DNA from: a virus
Direction: 5' to 3' (one strand)
Virus genome (UHGV): UHGV-0121943
Length of the DNA: 39,771 nucleotides
Positions 18,801 to 27,614 of the stretch are shown in pieces (positions within the stretch are counted from its first letter, which is position 1; each line of letters begins with the position of its first letter). The notes below the pieces were generated by a model. That model saw only the letters and a program-made list of their open reading frames with translations, was not told the DNA's origin and made no database searches. A program made the position numbers and the translations under genes.

Positions 18801-20503
18801 AGTTCTAATACCTCATTCGGGAAAAAGTTTTCATCATCAGTGCTCAACATAATGCGACCTATTGCCATCATTAGAGCCACCGCTCCGTCTATTTTGTTTT
18901 CAGGAATTTCTTTAATTGGACGAACGACATCATCATTACCGGGAACTGTCTTACCAACCACATTACCGATACACCAGGTCATAATTGGGTTTCCGTCATG
19001 ATGGAAACGGCCTGATTCAATTGCCGCTTCCAATTCTTTCATTGGGTCGGATAAGTTGGTGTAGTTTTGTGTAATGGTTATAGGGTTCAGTCCTTCATCG
19101 GCTAAGTTATGACTAATTGCTATCGCTCCATGCGGGTCAATTGCAACACAGGAAACTCTATGTTCTTGATTGGTATCTTTGATGACTTCCTCTATCTCTC
19201 GATAATCAACTTCCGCACCATCTGTTGCAGTCAAATGTCCGCTATTTACCCATTTTTGATATTTGTCCACCACTCGTTTTAAAGCGGTATCTGTGTTATA
19301 GATAGTATCTTCCGGAACGAAGAATTCTGGGGCAATACAATAATAATGCCGCTTACCATCAATAACCCGAGCAAACACTTTAACAAGCGAGTTCATATCA
19401 AGCTTACGCGCCATATCAAGTCCAAGCACAACATCATCACCTTGGAAATCTTCAAGTGATAATGTTTCATCCTTGCAGTTTTCCCAGCTCACCATGTTGA
19501 AATAGCTTTCTTTCGCAGACACCCATACATTCAAGTGTTTAGTTTTGAAAGTATTGGTCAGGCGTGCATTATTAATTGCCTTGTTTTGCTGACTAATTAG
19601 GTAATCGCCATACACTGACACATCAAAGTTTGGATTTGCTTTACGTAATACGCTTTCATCTGTCCAGTCATCATCTTCATCAATTGTATAAATGACCCCA
19701 AATAACTCATCATTCGGAATTGCGCCAGATAGCTTTTCGATCACTTCTCTGCGTTTATCATAACAAGGACCTTCGATGTTATAACCTGCAGTCGTAATGA
19801 TAAACATAAGCGGTTGTTTACGCGCTCCCATACCAGTCAACATTGTTGTATATAGCTCATCATTCTTATGCTCATGGTATTCGTCCACTATCGCGCAACT
19901 AGGCGATGCACCATCACCAGGTGAGCCAATAAGCGGTTCAAAACGAGAACCATCAGCAGGACGGTTTAAGTTAGAGGCATTTACTTCAATACCGAAAGTT
20001 GAGCAAAGAAGATCGGTTTTCTTACACATCAATCGAGCAGGGCGGAATACTTCCCACGCTTGTTTTTCGGTGGTTGCTCCTGAATAGACTTCCGCACCAA
20101 ACTCATTATCCATGCAGAACATATACAAGCCGACACCTGCAGAAATAGCTGATTTACCGTTTTTACGCGGAACTTCAACATAAACTTCACGGTAACGACG
20201 CAGATTGTCGCTTTTTCTATGCCAACCAAAAGTATTTGCTACAATGAAGAGTTGCCACGGTTCAAGCGTGATATTTTGGCGCTTTGATGCCCACTCGCCT
20301 TTTGTATGTGGTAGATATTGAATGAATTTACACGCTTTTTCGGCCTTAACTTCATCAAAATAATAAGGAAATTTAACCGCATTTTTCTTTTCTAAATCAT
20401 CGATGAACTGCTGACAGGTTTTTACAATGAATCGGCAAGCAGGAATTTTGCCAGCAATAACATCTTTGGCATACTTAATTGCCTTTTTTACATTATCTGT
20501 CAT
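18797..20503 (-). CDS. terL: Terminase large subunit
   Basis: LEPWQ, PRKNGKS (Walker A), IVDEYHE (Walker B), ITTAG, KIDGAVA. Confidence 0.96.
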   Translation of the reverse strand: MTDNVKKAIKYAKDVIAGKIPACRFIVKTCQQFIDDLEKKNAVKFPYYFDEVKAEKACKFIQYLPHTKGEWASKRQNITLEPWQLFIVANTFGWHRKSDNLRRYREVYVEVPRKNGKSAISAGVGLYMFCMDNEFGAEVYSGATTEKQAWEVFRPARLMCKKTDLLCSTFGIEVNASNLNRPADGSRFEPLIGSPGDGASPSCAIVDEYHEHKNDELYTTMLTGMGARKQPLMFIITTAGYNIEGPCYDKRREVIEKLSGAIPNDELFGVIYTIDEDDDWTDESVLRKANPNFDVSVYGDYLISQQNKAINNARLTNTFKTKHLNVWVSAKESYFNMVSWENCKDETLSLEDFQGDDVVLGLDMARKLDMNSLVKVFARVIDGKRHYYCIAPEFFVPEDTIYNTDTALKRVVDKYQKWVNSGHLTATDGAEVDYREIEEVIKDTNQEHRVSCVAIDPHGAIAISHNLADEGLNPITITQNYTNLSDPMKELEAAIESGRFHHDGNPIMTWCIGNVVGKTVPGNDDVVRPIKEIPENKIDGAVALMMAIGRIMLSTDDENFFPNEVLEL

Positions 20504-20982
20504 TGCATTAACTCCGCGAATGGATTCTCAATTTTATTGTCGGCATTGCCAACTAATCGAGTGCGACTACTTGGATCTAAACCAAGTAATGAGCCAAACT
20601 TAGCCATATCAGCCATCGCTTCTTTTAGTGTGGTGAAAGCTGGATTTCGTTTAATACCAGCATCCGATTCAATTACGCTACCGAATTTCTCAATATCACG
20701 ATTAGCTTGCTTTCTGTTTTGGTAAGCAATGCAGTAATTTGCGACCGTCTGTAAATCTGTTTTGAGTAATACTTTTTGTGGGATCAGCTCTTTTAACACA
20801 AAAGCCCACATTGTTTTACCGTTCTCATCCAGATCATCTGGCGGCGGTGTATGCTCATCAAATTCGCTAAACTGCGGTTCATCTTTATTTAATTTTCGCT
20901 TACCAGGATTGCCTTGACGTTCTTTCACCGCCAAAGGCTTAGGCTTTCGCCCCCTACCTGAAACGAGCGATTTTCCTGTCAT
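20500..20982 (-). CDS. terS: Terminase small subunit (P27 family)
   Basis: GRKPKP...[17 protein letters not shown]. Confidence 0.92.
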   Translation of the reverse strand: MTGKSLVSGRGRKPKPLAVKERQGNPGKRKLNKDEPQFSEFDEHTPPPDDLDENGKTMWAFVLKELIPQKVLLKTDLQTVANYCIAYQNRKQANRDIEKFGSVIESDAGIKRNPAFTTLKEAMADMAKFGSLLGLDPSSRTRLVGNADNKIENPFAELMQ

Positions 20983-20989
20983 TTTGGCT

Positions 20990-21085
20990 TACCTTTAAAA
21001 TCTTAATTTTGCGGTTGTAAAAATTGAGTTGATTGGGCGGTTTTTCCTATCAAAACCTGTAGAGATTTTACCACCCCCTACCCTT
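20990..21085. other. Putative cos packaging region
   Basis: Noncoding gap between HNH and terS; minus strand reads GGGGGTGGTAAAATCTCT...AAAAACCGCCCAATC...AATTTTTAC, a layout typical of HK97-like cos sites. The exact nick is not determinable (GC box near 21031-21041). Confidence 0.55.
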
Positions 21086-21109
21086 ACAAAAACAACCGTA
21101 CTTTAAACG

Positions 21110-21460
21110 CTATTTCAAGCGCTCTCGCGCTGTTTTGAATTTATGGCATGAATTACATAAACTTTGTAGATTAGTTAAGTCATCACTACCACCGTGAGCC
21201 TTGGGGGTTATATGGTCAACAGTTGTAGCTGTTACAAATCGCCCTTGCTTTAAACATTCTTGGCACAGATGATTGTCTCGCACTAACGCAACAGATCTTA
21301 TCTTTCGCCATTGAGAACCATAACCACGCTGAGACGATGTCTTTCCTTTCTGATATCTTTGCCAACCACAACCTTGATGTTCATCACAATAACCATTGCT
21401 GTTGATTGTTGTATTCTTGCAGCCTTGCTTTCTACATGCTTTAGGTATTCTTGCCGGCAT
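21110..21460 (-). CDS. HNH endonuclease (HK97 gp74-like terminase cofactor)
   Basis: RGYGSQW, CQEC, VDHITP..HGGSD...NLQSLCNSCH; adjacent to cos/terS. Confidence 0.92.
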   Translation of the reverse strand: MPARIPKACRKQGCKNTTINSNGYCDEHQGCGWQRYQKGKTSSQRGYGSQWRKIRSVALVRDNHLCQECLKQGRFVTATTVDHITPKAHGGSDDLTNLQSLCNSCHKFKTARERLK

Positions 21461-21565
21461 AGTTCCACCAAATAAAAAAGGCGAGCCATTCAACTCACCT
21501 TGTTTGTCTTGTTATGATGTAAACCTTACAATCACAATTCATTCAGCCACAGTTATCGCCACCAA

Positions 21566-21760
21566 TCATTCAATCACCTCAATGACATCTAACTGACTTT
21601 CATCATCAGCATAGAATGTACCGTTGGCATTATGCCAGTGACTAAATGGCGGCTCTTCTGTTTCGGTCTTTTCGACTAATAACCATTTGCCGAATTGTGT
21701 TTCATAAACTACATCACATAATGTTCCGTTACGGAGTTTTACAATATTGCCGATTTCCAT
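21566..21760 (-). CDS. Hypothetical protein
   Basis: 64-aa ORF with RBS GCAGGT, co-oriented with the late operon. Confidence 0.7.
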   Translation of the reverse strand: MEIGNIVKLRNGTLCDVVYETQFGKWLLVEKTETEEPPFSHWHNANGTFYADDESQLDVIEVIE

Positions 21761-21791
21761 TATTTACCTGCCCTGCATTTACTGTATTTGA

Positions 21792-22436
21792 TTAATGATT
21801 ATTTACTCGCTCTTTAGCTATATTGAAGTAATCATTGTCAATCTCTATTCCTATAAAGCTCCGATTTGTATTAATACAAGCCACTGCTGTTGAGCCACTC
21901 CCCATAAAAGGATCAAGAATTACATCACCTTTATCACTGAATTTACTTATCATAAACTCAATCATATCAACTGGTTTTTGGGTTGGGTGGAGTTTATTAT
22001 TTGTTTTTTTAAACTCTAAAACATTGCTATCTCGCTTTCCGTTTATATTTCGTCTCCCTTTTTGAAGAAATAATATAAACTCCGTCTTGGGAGCAAAGTC
22101 TGCTGATAAGTCCCCCATTGAGGCGTTGTTTTTCACCCAAGTTAAAATATTCTTAATCTTGAAATACTTTTCAAAAGACTGCTTAAACTTATCTATATTG
22201 TGGTAACTACAGAATATGTAATGCGCCGTATTCTCTTTAGCAACCCTGTAAAGTTCTCTAGATAAGTCATCTAAAAAAGAAATATCTTGATCGCCTGTAA
22301 TTAATTTAGCTTTAGTTTTTCTACGGCCGCTCTGATAGTTCATTCCATAAGGCGGATCTGTTAGCACCATATCAATGCTATTATCAGGAATATCGCCCAT
22401 TATATTAAGACAGTCACCTAATTTTAATTCAATCAT
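21792..22436 (-). CDS. Orphan DNA methyltransferase (N6A/N4C, beta class)
   Basis: DPPY (motif IV) precedes HPTQKP and LDPFMGSGST (motif I). Confidence 0.92.
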   Translation of the reverse strand: MIELKLGDCLNIMGDIPDNSIDMVLTDPPYGMNYQSGRRKTKAKLITGDQDISFLDDLSRELYRVAKENTAHYIFCSYHNIDKFKQSFEKYFKIKNILTWVKNNASMGDLSADFAPKTEFILFLQKGRRNINGKRDSNVLEFKKTNNKLHPTQKPVDMIEFMISKFSDKGDVILDPFMGSGSTAVACINTNRSFIGIEIDNDYFNIAKERVNNH

Positions 22437-22705
22437 TTACCTGCCTTACTATTCTCAATCCACTTGTTGATGTTTGTGATCTGACTAGCACACATATCTC
22501 TTTCTGCGATTACAGTGATTAGATGTTCTACCGCTTCACCGTATGTGTTACCCATAAATGGAGTTTTCACACAAGGCACTAAGAAAGCTTGTGGCGGATA
22601 AATGTATTCCGTCTTGGTTGTTACCTTGTTAGTGCAACCGCTCAATAGCATCGTCATAGATGCGAGTGTTATAACAAGGCTGTGATTTAATAATCTTTCT
22701 GACAA
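22433..22705 (-). CDS. o-spanin (Rz1-like lipoprotein), copy 2; start uncertain
   Basis: Lipobox LLSG-C, PPQAFLVPC...C; overlaps the 3' end of the i-spanin. Confidence 0.8.
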   Translation of the reverse strand: MSERLLNHSLVITLASMTMLLSGCTNKVTTKTEYIYPPQAFLVPCVKTPFMGNTYGEAVEHLITVIAERDMCASQITNINKWIENSKAGK

Positions 22706-22949
22706 CTTGAATTTTGTCTTGTGCTGCTTGTTTGATTTCATCATGGATTACTCTCTGTTGTTCTACCGCTTGGCGTTCTACTTCAATCGTATCTTTTAGC
22801 GATTGATTAACCTTTTCTTGTTCTGCGATAAGACTAGCCTGTGTTTGGTTTTCGGCTTTTAAGTCATTTATTGTTCCGTGTTGAAACCAAATCCAACCAC
22901 ACAGGCTAATTACTATCGCTAGAAAAATCAGTATCAGCTTATTAAACAT
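22629..22949 (-). CDS. i-spanin (Rz-like), copy 2
   Basis: N-terminal TM helix, coiled coil, C-terminal Cys; follows the endolysin. Confidence 0.8.
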   Translation of the reverse strand: MFNKLILIFLAIVISLCGWIWFQHGTINDLKAENQTQASLIAEQEKVNQSLKDTIEVERQAVEQQRVIHDEIKQAAQDKIQVVRKIIKSQPCYNTRIYDDAIERLH

Positions 22950-22960
22950 TTCAGCCACCA

Positions 22961-23548
22961 TTAAGCAGTCATTAATGCGCGGAATAATCGACAGCGTTCA
23001 TCCAACCCATTTGTGCCGCCATTGATCCTAATCGTTACTTTCTGAACTGAATCAATCATAGCTAAGTCGTTGAATATCCAGTACCAGACTGCAGCCTTAA
23101 CAGCTAAATCTAAGTTGCTTGATACTTCTTTAGGGTTGATCGTCTCGCCTAGCCATCGAGCGAATCGGATGTAATTGTCTTTAAATGTCAAATGGATTAA
23201 TCCACGGCCACGATAATTCCAACCGTCCATCGTTTCTTCTGAACCGTTACCATATCTATTGGCATATACTCGGTTTGCAATCTTTTCGGCTTGGTGTTCA
23301 TACTGGCGAGCAATATTAGGATTAGGAAAATACTTACGGAAAACTTTCATTAATCCGTCAGCAGAATAATTAAGGTTTTCACTTAATGCAGTAAATCCAC
23401 GTGTTTCATGCCCACATTGAGCAAGAAACATAGCTTGCTGTTGCTTATTGAAACAACCTGCCAATTCGATATGTTTATCAATCGCTTGATACATACCCTT
23501 GATTGCTCTCGGGAACACTCTGTTAAAAGTTTCTTCTGAAATTAGCAT
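22961..23548 (-). CDS. Endolysin, glycoside hydrolase family 19
   Basis: FLAQCGHET, ENLNYS, YRGRGLIHLT, INGGTNGLDER. Confidence 0.92.
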   Translation of the reverse strand: MLISEETFNRVFPRAIKGMYQAIDKHIELAGCFNKQQQAMFLAQCGHETRGFTALSENLNYSADGLMKVFRKYFPNPNIARQYEHQAEKIANRVYANRYGNGSEETMDGWNYRGRGLIHLTFKDNYIRFARWLGETINPKEVSSNLDLAVKAAVWYWIFNDLAMIDSVQKVTIRINGGTNGLDERCRLFRALMTA

Positions 23549-23550
23549 TT

Positions 23551-23943
23551 CTATCGACCTTTACTCTTTCCATCATTTCGACCTTTACCGCTATGACGGT
23601 CGTCCTTATCTCTTTCAAAGCCTAACGATTGATATTCACTGTGAGCGTCTTGCTCGATTTCGTGTTCATAGTCATTCACTAGGTTTTTAATTTGTGTAAT
23701 TCGACTGTTACAGATTTTTAGTTGATCAGTTACCTTTACAGCGTAAACAGCAACGTCAGAAGATTTTTCACCACTTAATGTTGGCTTAGGGCAAGTGATA
23801 AGAAGATTATCTGGAATGGTTACTCGAATGATTTTAATCTTCTCAACTGGCTTACTCGGATTTAAGCAGCCTGTCGATAACAGCACGACTAACACCATCG
23901 CTACGAACACATTTACTTGAAAGAACAATCTTACTAATCCCAT
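23551..23943 (-). CDS. o-spanin-like lipoprotein, copy 1 (start 23943 or 23958)
   Basis: Signal peptide with lipobox LSTG-C, IPDNLLITCPKP...CN; overlaps 23852-24220 in another frame. Confidence 0.7.
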   Translation of the reverse strand: MGLVRLFFQVNVFVAMVLVVLLSTGCLNPSKPVEKIKIIRVTIPDNLLITCPKPTLSGEKSSDVAVYAVKVTDQLKICNSRITQIKNLVNDYEHEIEQDAHSEYQSLGFERDKDDRHSGKGRNDGKSKGR

Positions 23944-24220
23944 CCAGCTTATCTTCATTTCGCTTACGCTCCTTTGCTTGTTCTCTAAGCAAGAATTCAA
24001 TTCTGTCATTTCTGTCGCTTACCATATCCCGAAGAGCATCAATCCGTTTTGTTCGCTCATCTGCTAACTGTACTGTCTGGTCGTACTTATCCTGTAACAG
24101 CTCCAAACTCTTATTCTGTGTGAAGATTTGAATTGATAGCCCGATACAGCCCGCAAATAAGAAACAGGCGAATACTCTATCGAGTGCAATTCCTAATCTT
24201 GCGGCTCTTTCTCTACCCAT
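23852..24220 (-). CDS. i-spanin-like protein, copy 1
   Basis: N-terminal TM (VFACFLFAGCIGLSIQIF), coiled coil, C-terminal CVRSDGVSRAVIDRL. Confidence 0.7.
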   Translation of the reverse strand: MGRERAARLGIALDRVFACFLFAGCIGLSIQIFTQNKSLELLQDKYDQTVQLADERTKRIDALRDMVSDRNDRIEFLLREQAKERKRNEDKLDGISKIVLSSKCVRSDGVSRAVIDRLLKSE

Positions 24221-24701
24221 TTCGCTTACTCCTTGGCTCTACATCATCGTCTTGCTCTTCTGTGCCATTGATTAAAATATCTTCATCATTGTCATTGAGT
24301 GGCGCATCTTCATCGTAACGAAGTGAGCGTTTTCTGCTTGTTTCCTTTTCGATGTCTTTCATTGAGTAGTTAGGATTTAAATCATCAACCGAACCACCGA
24401 TTTGACGGAAGAAAACTCTAAGCAACCCCCATAAAGCAGGAACGCCAAAATACCCAAACGCTCCAGCGATTGAGATAATCATTAAAGTGTCGATACTTTG
24501 AGACATTAAGAAAAACGCTACAACCATTCCACTGAAAGCCCCTACTAGAAAGCTGGAGACTACGGAAGATAATTTCACAGGCGAGCCTGCTGATTGTGTT
24601 GCGGTGATATACTTAACCACACCGCCTAAACCTGAAAATGCGAGAGAAATAACCGTTGCTATGATGTCAATGCCATTGTTAGGCGATCCGTTATCTTGCA
24701 T
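24213..24701 (-). CDS. Holin (three TM segments, LydA-like)
   Basis: Three hydrophobic helices and a charged C-tail; first gene after pR'. Confidence 0.75.
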   Translation of the reverse strand: MQDNGSPNNGIDIIATVISLAFSGLGGVVKYITATQSAGSPVKLSSVVSSFLVGAFSGMVVAFFLMSQSIDTLMIISIAGAFGYFGVPALWGLLRVFFRQIGGSVDDLNPNYSMKDIEKETSRKRSLRYDEDAPLNDNDEDILINGTEEQDDDVEPRSKRNG

Positions 24702-24794
24702 TGGTTACTCATTGAATTTGTGATAGATGGCCTCACCCCGTGCGATTTCTCGCGCAATAAAGTCTAACAGGGTGAGGCACTGTTTTCGTGCAAT

Positions 24795-24823
24795 AAAAAA
24801 CCCCGACCGTTTCCGATCAGGGC
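24795..24823 (-). terminator. tR'-like terminator downstream of the late promoter
   Basis: Minus strand CCCTGATCG-GAAA-CGGTCGGGG-TTTTTT. Confidence 0.8.
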
Positions 24824-24877
24824 TGTTTCTAAACTTATTTTGCGTTCGCTATGCGCTAAAACCGCAACTTATACTAT

Positions 24878-24906
24878 ATACTACAATTTTACTTGCAAGC
24901 TGTCAA
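24878..24906 (-). promoter_or_regulatory. Late promoter pR'
   Basis: TTGACA, 17 bp, TAGTAT; ~80 nt upstream of a terminator and downstream of Q. Confidence 0.8.
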
Positions 24907-24918
24907 CACTTTTATTAA

Positions 24919-25467
24919 TTATTTTTTCTCTAGAACTTTTCTAACATCAGGATCTGTGATGAATTTATTATATCCAGATAAAATCATATCATTAGCAGCA
25001 TTCGCATAATCGATTGGTAATCCAAACTTACCTGTCTTTTTCTTATCAGCAGAATAATCTTTACTTAATAATGTCGCTGCAGTTCTTTTATCTGTTAGGG
25101 TGTAATTGATAATATAAGTCCAATCAACGCTATACCCTAAATCATCCATTTTAAATTCTTTTACTGTTCCAGATAGTTTGACATTAGAGTTACCAAGCGT
25201 TATACCTGTTTTTTCCAACTCTAAAGCGGTTCCTCGTTGAGCCAAATCTGCTACATCAGAAGAAACAAAAATTTGCCCCAGCGCAGTACTTTGCATCTGG
25301 TTGCTTGCAACCTTGCCTTGTTCGTACGGTTGATAATGGAACTTATCAATCTCTGCCGAACCAGTAAAACGGGTGTAGTTTTGTGGAGTATAGGAAGATA
25401 CAGGCAAAGTAGTAGAGCAACCTACCAATAATGCGCAAGCTAACCAAGTTAATAATAATTTTTTCAT
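24919..25467 (-). CDS. Lipoprotein moron (possibly YajG-like fold)
   Basis: MKKLLL...LLVG-C lipobox, RBS AGGAG; inserted between Q and pR'. Confidence 0.85.
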   Translation of the reverse strand: MKKLLLTWLACALLVGCSTTLPVSSYTPQNYTRFTGSAEIDKFHYQPYEQGKVASNQMQSTALGQIFVSSDVADLAQRGTALELEKTGITLGNSNVKLSGTVKEFKMDDLGYSVDWTYIINYTLTDKRTAATLLSKDYSADKKKTGKFGLPIDYANAANDMILSGYNKFITDPDVRKVLEKK

Positions 25468-25503
25468 TTTTTGGCTCCTGTTTATTGTTTTAGTAAAGGC
25501 CTA

Positions 25504-25546
25504 ACTCTACTATAAATTAACTTTAAATATTGTGATGCGTGTCTCA
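25504..25546 (-). promoter_or_regulatory. Putative class II CRP-dependent promoter of the lipoprotein moron
   Basis: TGTGA-TGCGTG-TCTCA (25531-25546), centred at -41.5 relative to a -10 TAGAGT (25509-25504). Confidence 0.55.
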
Positions 25547-25550
25547 AAAT

Positions 25551-25588
25551 AAAAATCCGAACAAATCATTTTTGACTTATTCGGATCT
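25551..25588 (-). terminator. Terminator after Q
   Basis: Minus strand ATCCGAATAAGTCA-AAAA-TGATTTGTTCGGAT-TTTT. Confidence 0.7.
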
Positions 25589-25592
25589 TGTA

Positions 25593-25961
25593 TCAGTCCA
25601 AGAACATAAATTTAATTTGAGCTGCAACAAAAGCACCTTTTAAAAATCTAACGCCCTGCGCACGCTCCCGATACATCTTGGCTGGTGAGATATTAAGAGC
25701 ATTACAAATATCTTTCTCGCTCGCTTGTTGAATGTATAGAGCCATTAAAATTTGATACTGCAATAAATCATCATCGTGTAGGTTCATTATTTGCTTTTCA
25801 ATCTTTAAACACTCATCGTCTGTTAAGAACTTGATATAAGCCTTTCTTGCTGTCGGCAGCACAGGGATTGAAATTGTTGTACTTGGATATTCTGTTCCAA
25901 TTCTGTCACGACCCCAGCAGTTACCCCATTTTTCTAAAATTCGCTCAACGCTATAACTCAT
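25593..25961 (-). CDS. Late gene antiterminator Q
   Basis: ILEKWGNCW...Y, LTDDECL, C-terminal HTH; lies after ninG and before pR'. Confidence 0.85.
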   Translation of the reverse strand: MSYSVERILEKWGNCWGRDRIGTEYPSTTISIPVLPTARKAYIKFLTDDECLKIEKQIMNLHDDDLLQYQILMALYIQQASEKDICNALNISPAKMYRERAQGVRFLKGAFVAAQIKFMFLD

Positions 25962-26527
25962 TCTTGGCTCCCGTCTAACTCTTTGATTTTTGCTCTATAA
26001 ACCTTGATTAATTCTTTAAGCTCAGATATTTCCCATTTCTTAATTCGATGTTGATTTTCTTCTAACCACTGAACTTCTTGCTCGCCAATCTTCTCAACAA
26101 GTCTTGGTCTATATCCGTGAATATTCCCACCGCCAACAAAGAGATTGCATCTAATACAGCCAGAATGAATGTTTCTCTCGTCAAATCTTAGGAATGAACT
26201 TCTACCTTGCGGAATAAAGTGTGAGGCTTGAAAGCTAGGTTTCCATACTGCACCGCAAGCAATACAAGGCTGACCTTTGTCTCTTAATCGGATGAACTTA
26301 TTCACTTCTTTTTGAAGTGCTTTCAGCCAATGACCTCTGTCGTTCTCTAGTAGTTTTTTCTTCCGCTCTTTTAATTGAGCTTTTTCTTGTTTCTCTCGTT
26401 TCTTTCTTGCCTGCTCTTTCGAAAGAATAATCGCACATTTAGGCGAGCATACTTTCTGCATTGAGCTTATTGTTTTGACAAAGTAACAACCGCAGACTTT
26501 GCATTTGGTTTCCTTAGGTTTGCTCAT
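25958..26527 (-). CDS. ninG: NinG/Rap family endonuclease
   Basis: CKVC...VCSPKCA, FIRLRD...CIACG, LRFDERNIHSGCIRCN. Confidence 0.9.
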   Translation of the reverse strand: MSKPKETKCKVCGCYFVKTISSMQKVCSPKCAIILSKEQARKKREKQEKAQLKERKKKLLENDRGHWLKALQKEVNKFIRLRDKGQPCIACGAVWKPSFQASHFIPQGRSSFLRFDERNIHSGCIRCNLFVGGGNIHGYRPRLVEKIGEQEVQWLEENQHRIKKWEISELKELIKVYRAKIKELDGSQE

Positions 26528-26529
26528 AT

Positions 26530-26616
26530 CTACCACCATTTACCGGTAATTAATATTGTTCCTACAACAACACAGGCATAAGCTATAATTAAAATCTTCA
26601 ACTCTTTCTCATTCAT
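26530..26616 (-). CDS. 28-aa transmembrane microprotein
   Basis: MNEKELKILIIAYACVVVGTILITGKWW; tightly coupled to its neighbours. Confidence 0.55.
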   Translation of the reverse strand: MNEKELKILIIAYACVVVGTILITGKWW

Positions 26617-26695
26617 CGTCCGCACCATCAATAAAACAAATAATCACAAATACCACCACGAAAAGAACTACTGCCAAGGCTATTTCTTCTCTCAT
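26609..26695 (-). CDS. 28-aa transmembrane microprotein
   Basis: MREEIALAVVLFVVVFVIICFIDGADDE; RBS GGAGG; ATG abuts the ninB stop. Confidence 0.6.
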   Translation of the reverse strand: MREEIALAVVLFVVVFVIICFIDGADDE

Positions 26696-27112
26696 CTAGT
26701 GCCTCCAACCATCACTAAGAATTACACCATTTTCTGCTGCCCACGCTTGAACATATTCAATAAGGCTTGCCAATCGTTTTACGCTCATTTGTGCGGTGCT
26801 TTCTCGTAGATTGATTACTTCGCCCTCAAGCCCGATTACCATTTCAGCTTTACCACCTGTTGCGATTTTGTGGGCTGATACCATAATCATTTTCCAAGTG
26901 TCGATATCTCTTTTCTCACCGTTAAATTCGCATTGTTTGCTAATATCGCTTAGTAGTGCGTGTAACTTTGAATTCTGCTCAAGTGAACGTGTCATCGGTT
27001 GGATTTTTACCACCAACGGTTTTTTGTCGTCCGTTGGTAGCTCTTTGATAAATTCAATACAATTCAACCGCACTTGGTTTGAGCGTAGAAAGAATTGCTT
27101 TTTAATCTCCAT
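26696..27112 (-). CDS. ninB: NinB/Orf family recombination protein
   Basis: RSLEQNSKLHALLSDISKQ, WK, STAQMSVK. Confidence 0.88.
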   Translation of the reverse strand: MEIKKQFFLRSNQVRLNCIEFIKELPTDDKKPLVVKIQPMTRSLEQNSKLHALLSDISKQCEFNGEKRDIDTWKMIMVSAHKIATGGKAEMVIGLEGEVINLRESTAQMSVKRLASLIEYVQAWAAENGVILSDGWRH

Positions 27113-27614
27113 TATTTTTCCACTCCAGCCCTTTGAATGAATCAATATGAACGTGCCGGATAACTTGATTCATCGCTTTTTGATATGGATTAAAAATTGC
27201 GATTACATTTCCACGGCAAACATCAGTATATTTGCCAGTTTCACCGTTTAGGAATTTAACTCGTCCACCAACGATAAAGCGGATTTCAGTTGCTTTTTGC
27301 GTAACCAAAGCAAACCATTTTGTAGATATATCGACAGGGAGCAACATAACGACCAAGCAATTATTGTTTTCAAAGAGACTTACTGCTCTTTCAATAAATG
27401 GCAATGGCTTGCTATACGGAGGATTTACGAATACGCTTTCGTCATTTAGTGGATAAGTTAAAAAATCCTGCTCTTTTGTGATAAAAAATTCATGCACTTT
27501 TGCATTTTCAGCACTAGCGCAACCATCACAAGTAAAGACGAACTCATTATCAAGTGGATTAAAAATTGATAATGGAGTTGGATAGGTATCTTTATCAAAT
27601 TTTTGTTCTGTCAT
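27102..27614 (-). CDS. Phage DNA N6-adenine methyltransferase (phage Dam family)
   Basis: TYPTP...F..D.CASAENAK, VFVNPPYS, EIRFI.GRVKF. Confidence 0.88.
   Translation of the reverse strand: MTEQKFDKDTYPTPLSIFNPLDNEFVFTCDGCASAENAKVHEFFITKEQDFLTYPLNDESVFVNPPYSKPLPFIERAVSLFENNNCLVVMLLPVDISTKWFALVTQKATEIRFIVGGRVKFLNGETGKYTDVCRGNVIAIFNPYQKAMNQVIRHVHIDSFKGLEWKNNGD

Noticed and set aside
21792..22436. Restriction-modification system
   Set aside because: No cognate endonuclease; the nearby HNH is the terminase-associated type.
24741..24756. CRP-S (Sxy-dependent competence) site TGCGA-N6-GCGCA upstream of the holin
   Set aside because: One flank is GC-rich, there is no -10 at class II spacing, and the symmetry is explained by the RNA hairpin.
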